Positions 61,874 through 63,847 of a DNA stretch of 63,847 nt are shown here, piece after piece; positions within the stretch are counted from its first letter, which is position 1, and every line of letters starts with the position of its first letter. Both the position numbers and the translations under genes were made by a program. The DNA is taken from positions 1,129,597-1,193,443 of the forward strand of contig NW_003526948.1 in assembly GCF_000181795.1 (NCBI RefSeq), read 5' to 3'. This stretch comes from Trichinella spiralis. Taxonomy: Eukaryota. The notes under the pieces were generated by a model. That model did not search any database, was not told the origin of the DNA, and was given only the letters and a program-made list of their open reading frames with translations.

Positions 61874-63847
61874 CTTTTCATACGTATTTGCACACTGTAA
61901 ATGTAATATATATATATATATGCGTATGTATATTCACATGCGGACGTGTGTGATTATGGACTTACTTATTGAACTGAGAAAATTAATGTACGCACACTGG
62001 ATGCAAGATTTTTGATGAACTATGCTTTAAGACGTTTTTTACTTTAATGAAAGATGAAGCTGACACATTTTAGCAATGGATCAATACCGGATGCTTTTAA
62101 GGTGGACGAAAATTGCAATACCAGTCTGCCAGACGTCAGCTGCAGAAATTTTAGAGTCGTTGCTGCAGGCAACTCTAGTTTGAAAAATTGTCATTTGTAC
62201 AAGCATATGATGACTATTTTGATTGCAAATTTACCATTGCAGCTTGTTGACTAGTCGAATTAACCAACAGCAGATCTCTGTCTTAAAGTGAAATAGGAAA
62301 TTCTTGTTTCAGAAGTTTTACCATTATTTTATTCCCAATTTGTGAAATATATCATTTCACCAGGGAAAGAAAATGATTGTTCAAGAAAAATGAAGCCTGT
62401 TTTTCATTTATTCGACATAGCTGTTGTTGTTGAACCTTAACTGAAAAAAAAGATCAATCAATCAATTAGCTGCATCAGATTTGACTTGAAATTCAGAAGA
62501 AAACGAATAAAAAGCCTCATTGTTGAGCCACTAGCACAAAAATCATTAGCAGACAAGCAGAGTAATTTTTAGCAAAGATGCCGATGTAAGAAATAAATTT
62601 GACAATTTACTGCGCTGGTCTAGTTTTGCTTAATGAACACGAAAGCGATGAAAAGTAGTTCAATTTTTGCAAAGACAGCCAAATCATCGCTAAGATCATT
62701 TATCAAATGCCTGTCCGTATTAACAGTGTTAATATGGATGCAGTTGAGAAACTTTTTATTAACTTCCCTAATTTATGTAAATTTTATTTTCTTTTTGTTG
62801 AAGAAAAAATTGTGAACAGATTGGCTATTATTGCATAAGTGTTTTCGAATGGTATGAAATTAAAACCGACCGGGAAAATTGGTATAAAACTCGTCGAACG
62901 TATCTTTATAAAAATTTCATTATCCTTGCATTTGCAACTATCCCATCCTTTTCTGTCAATAAATTCATAATGCTATGGCTGATTTTTTTCCTTATCAACT
63001 TCATGTCCTAATGTTACCTATAGAAAATCAAATTGAAATAGAATACATTATGAACAGCATTAAAATATTTTAGTTCATTGTTAAATTAAATTAAAAAAAT
63101 TTTTATAATTGTCTTGTGTTCAATCTTAAAAAATGGATTTCCTTTCAGCTTTAGGTACTCTTCAAGCAAAAGTACTCTCCATATCTGAAGGCTATTAAAT
63201 GCAAATTAAACGCTGTTGAACTTGTACAAAACCAGCGTTTAAAAAGTCCTTCATTTACAACTCGATTCACTTTTTGTTATTACGATATCTCACTGCTTTT
63301 TCTACCGACCAATTTCGATATCTAATATTTAAATTCAAATGTAACATGTTTACAAATAGACGTTGACCAAAATTTATATTAAAAAGACTACTGTTCAAGT
63401 ATTTTGGAAATTTACTTTATTTGAATAAATCTGTCAATATTGCATTTTTAATAGCTACAGTATGTTGCAATGAAATGGTTGTATGAAAAATTAGGTACCA
63501 CTCATGAGCTTCAAACGTTATATTCAAAAATTCCCCAAATAAAAACGTTTAATAATTTATTAATAAGCTGTGTTATTTCAAATGACGTTTCTTCTGGATA
63601 ATTTTTTGTGCTTTGCTTTCATAAATGATTTAAAATGTAAAAATATTTAAAAGGACTAATTTAATAAAAATTGACTAATAATTTAATAGAACTATTTAAA
63701 TTATAGTTAAATGCAGCGCTTCAGGCGCAGATCTCAGAAAGCACAGTATTATAAAACCGGCGTTACGATTCAAAGCATTTATCATTAATAATATTTTATA
63801 ATCAGAATTATACAAAAAATATTTAAGTTTTATTTTATAAAATTATT

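Overview
AT-rich eukaryotic genomic DNA with short GT-AG introns, TTTTCAG-type acceptors and many microsatellites. It is most consistent with a nematode, and I infer a clade I / Trichinella-like genome from sequence style, not from any search. Nine protein-coding genes can be spliced together by hand, in order: synaptotagmin-4/11-like (-, truncated by the window edge), a highly divergent two-pore (TWK/K2P) channel-like gene (+), unc-104/KIF1A (-), a GAP1-family RasGAP (-), SPF45/RBM17 (-, first exon not found), protein kinase D (+), an OTUD7/Cezanne-like deubiquitinase (+), a four-finger C2H2 gene (-), and an intronless claudin/PMP22-like gene (-). An internally deleted pogo/Tigger DNA transposon lies at 59.3-60.3 kb. 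The most notable observations are three. First, the K2P-like protein has an intact frame but both selectivity filters are degenerate. Second, one unc-104 intron hides a frame-preserving cassette exon that duplicates the start of the next exon, plus an alternative acceptor leading to an early stop. Third, a probable GC-AG intron in unc-104 has an equal-length GT-AG alternative shifted by 13 nt. I saw no CRISPR array, rRNA or tRNA, and no prokaryote-type novel system. All assignments come from reading motifs by eye.
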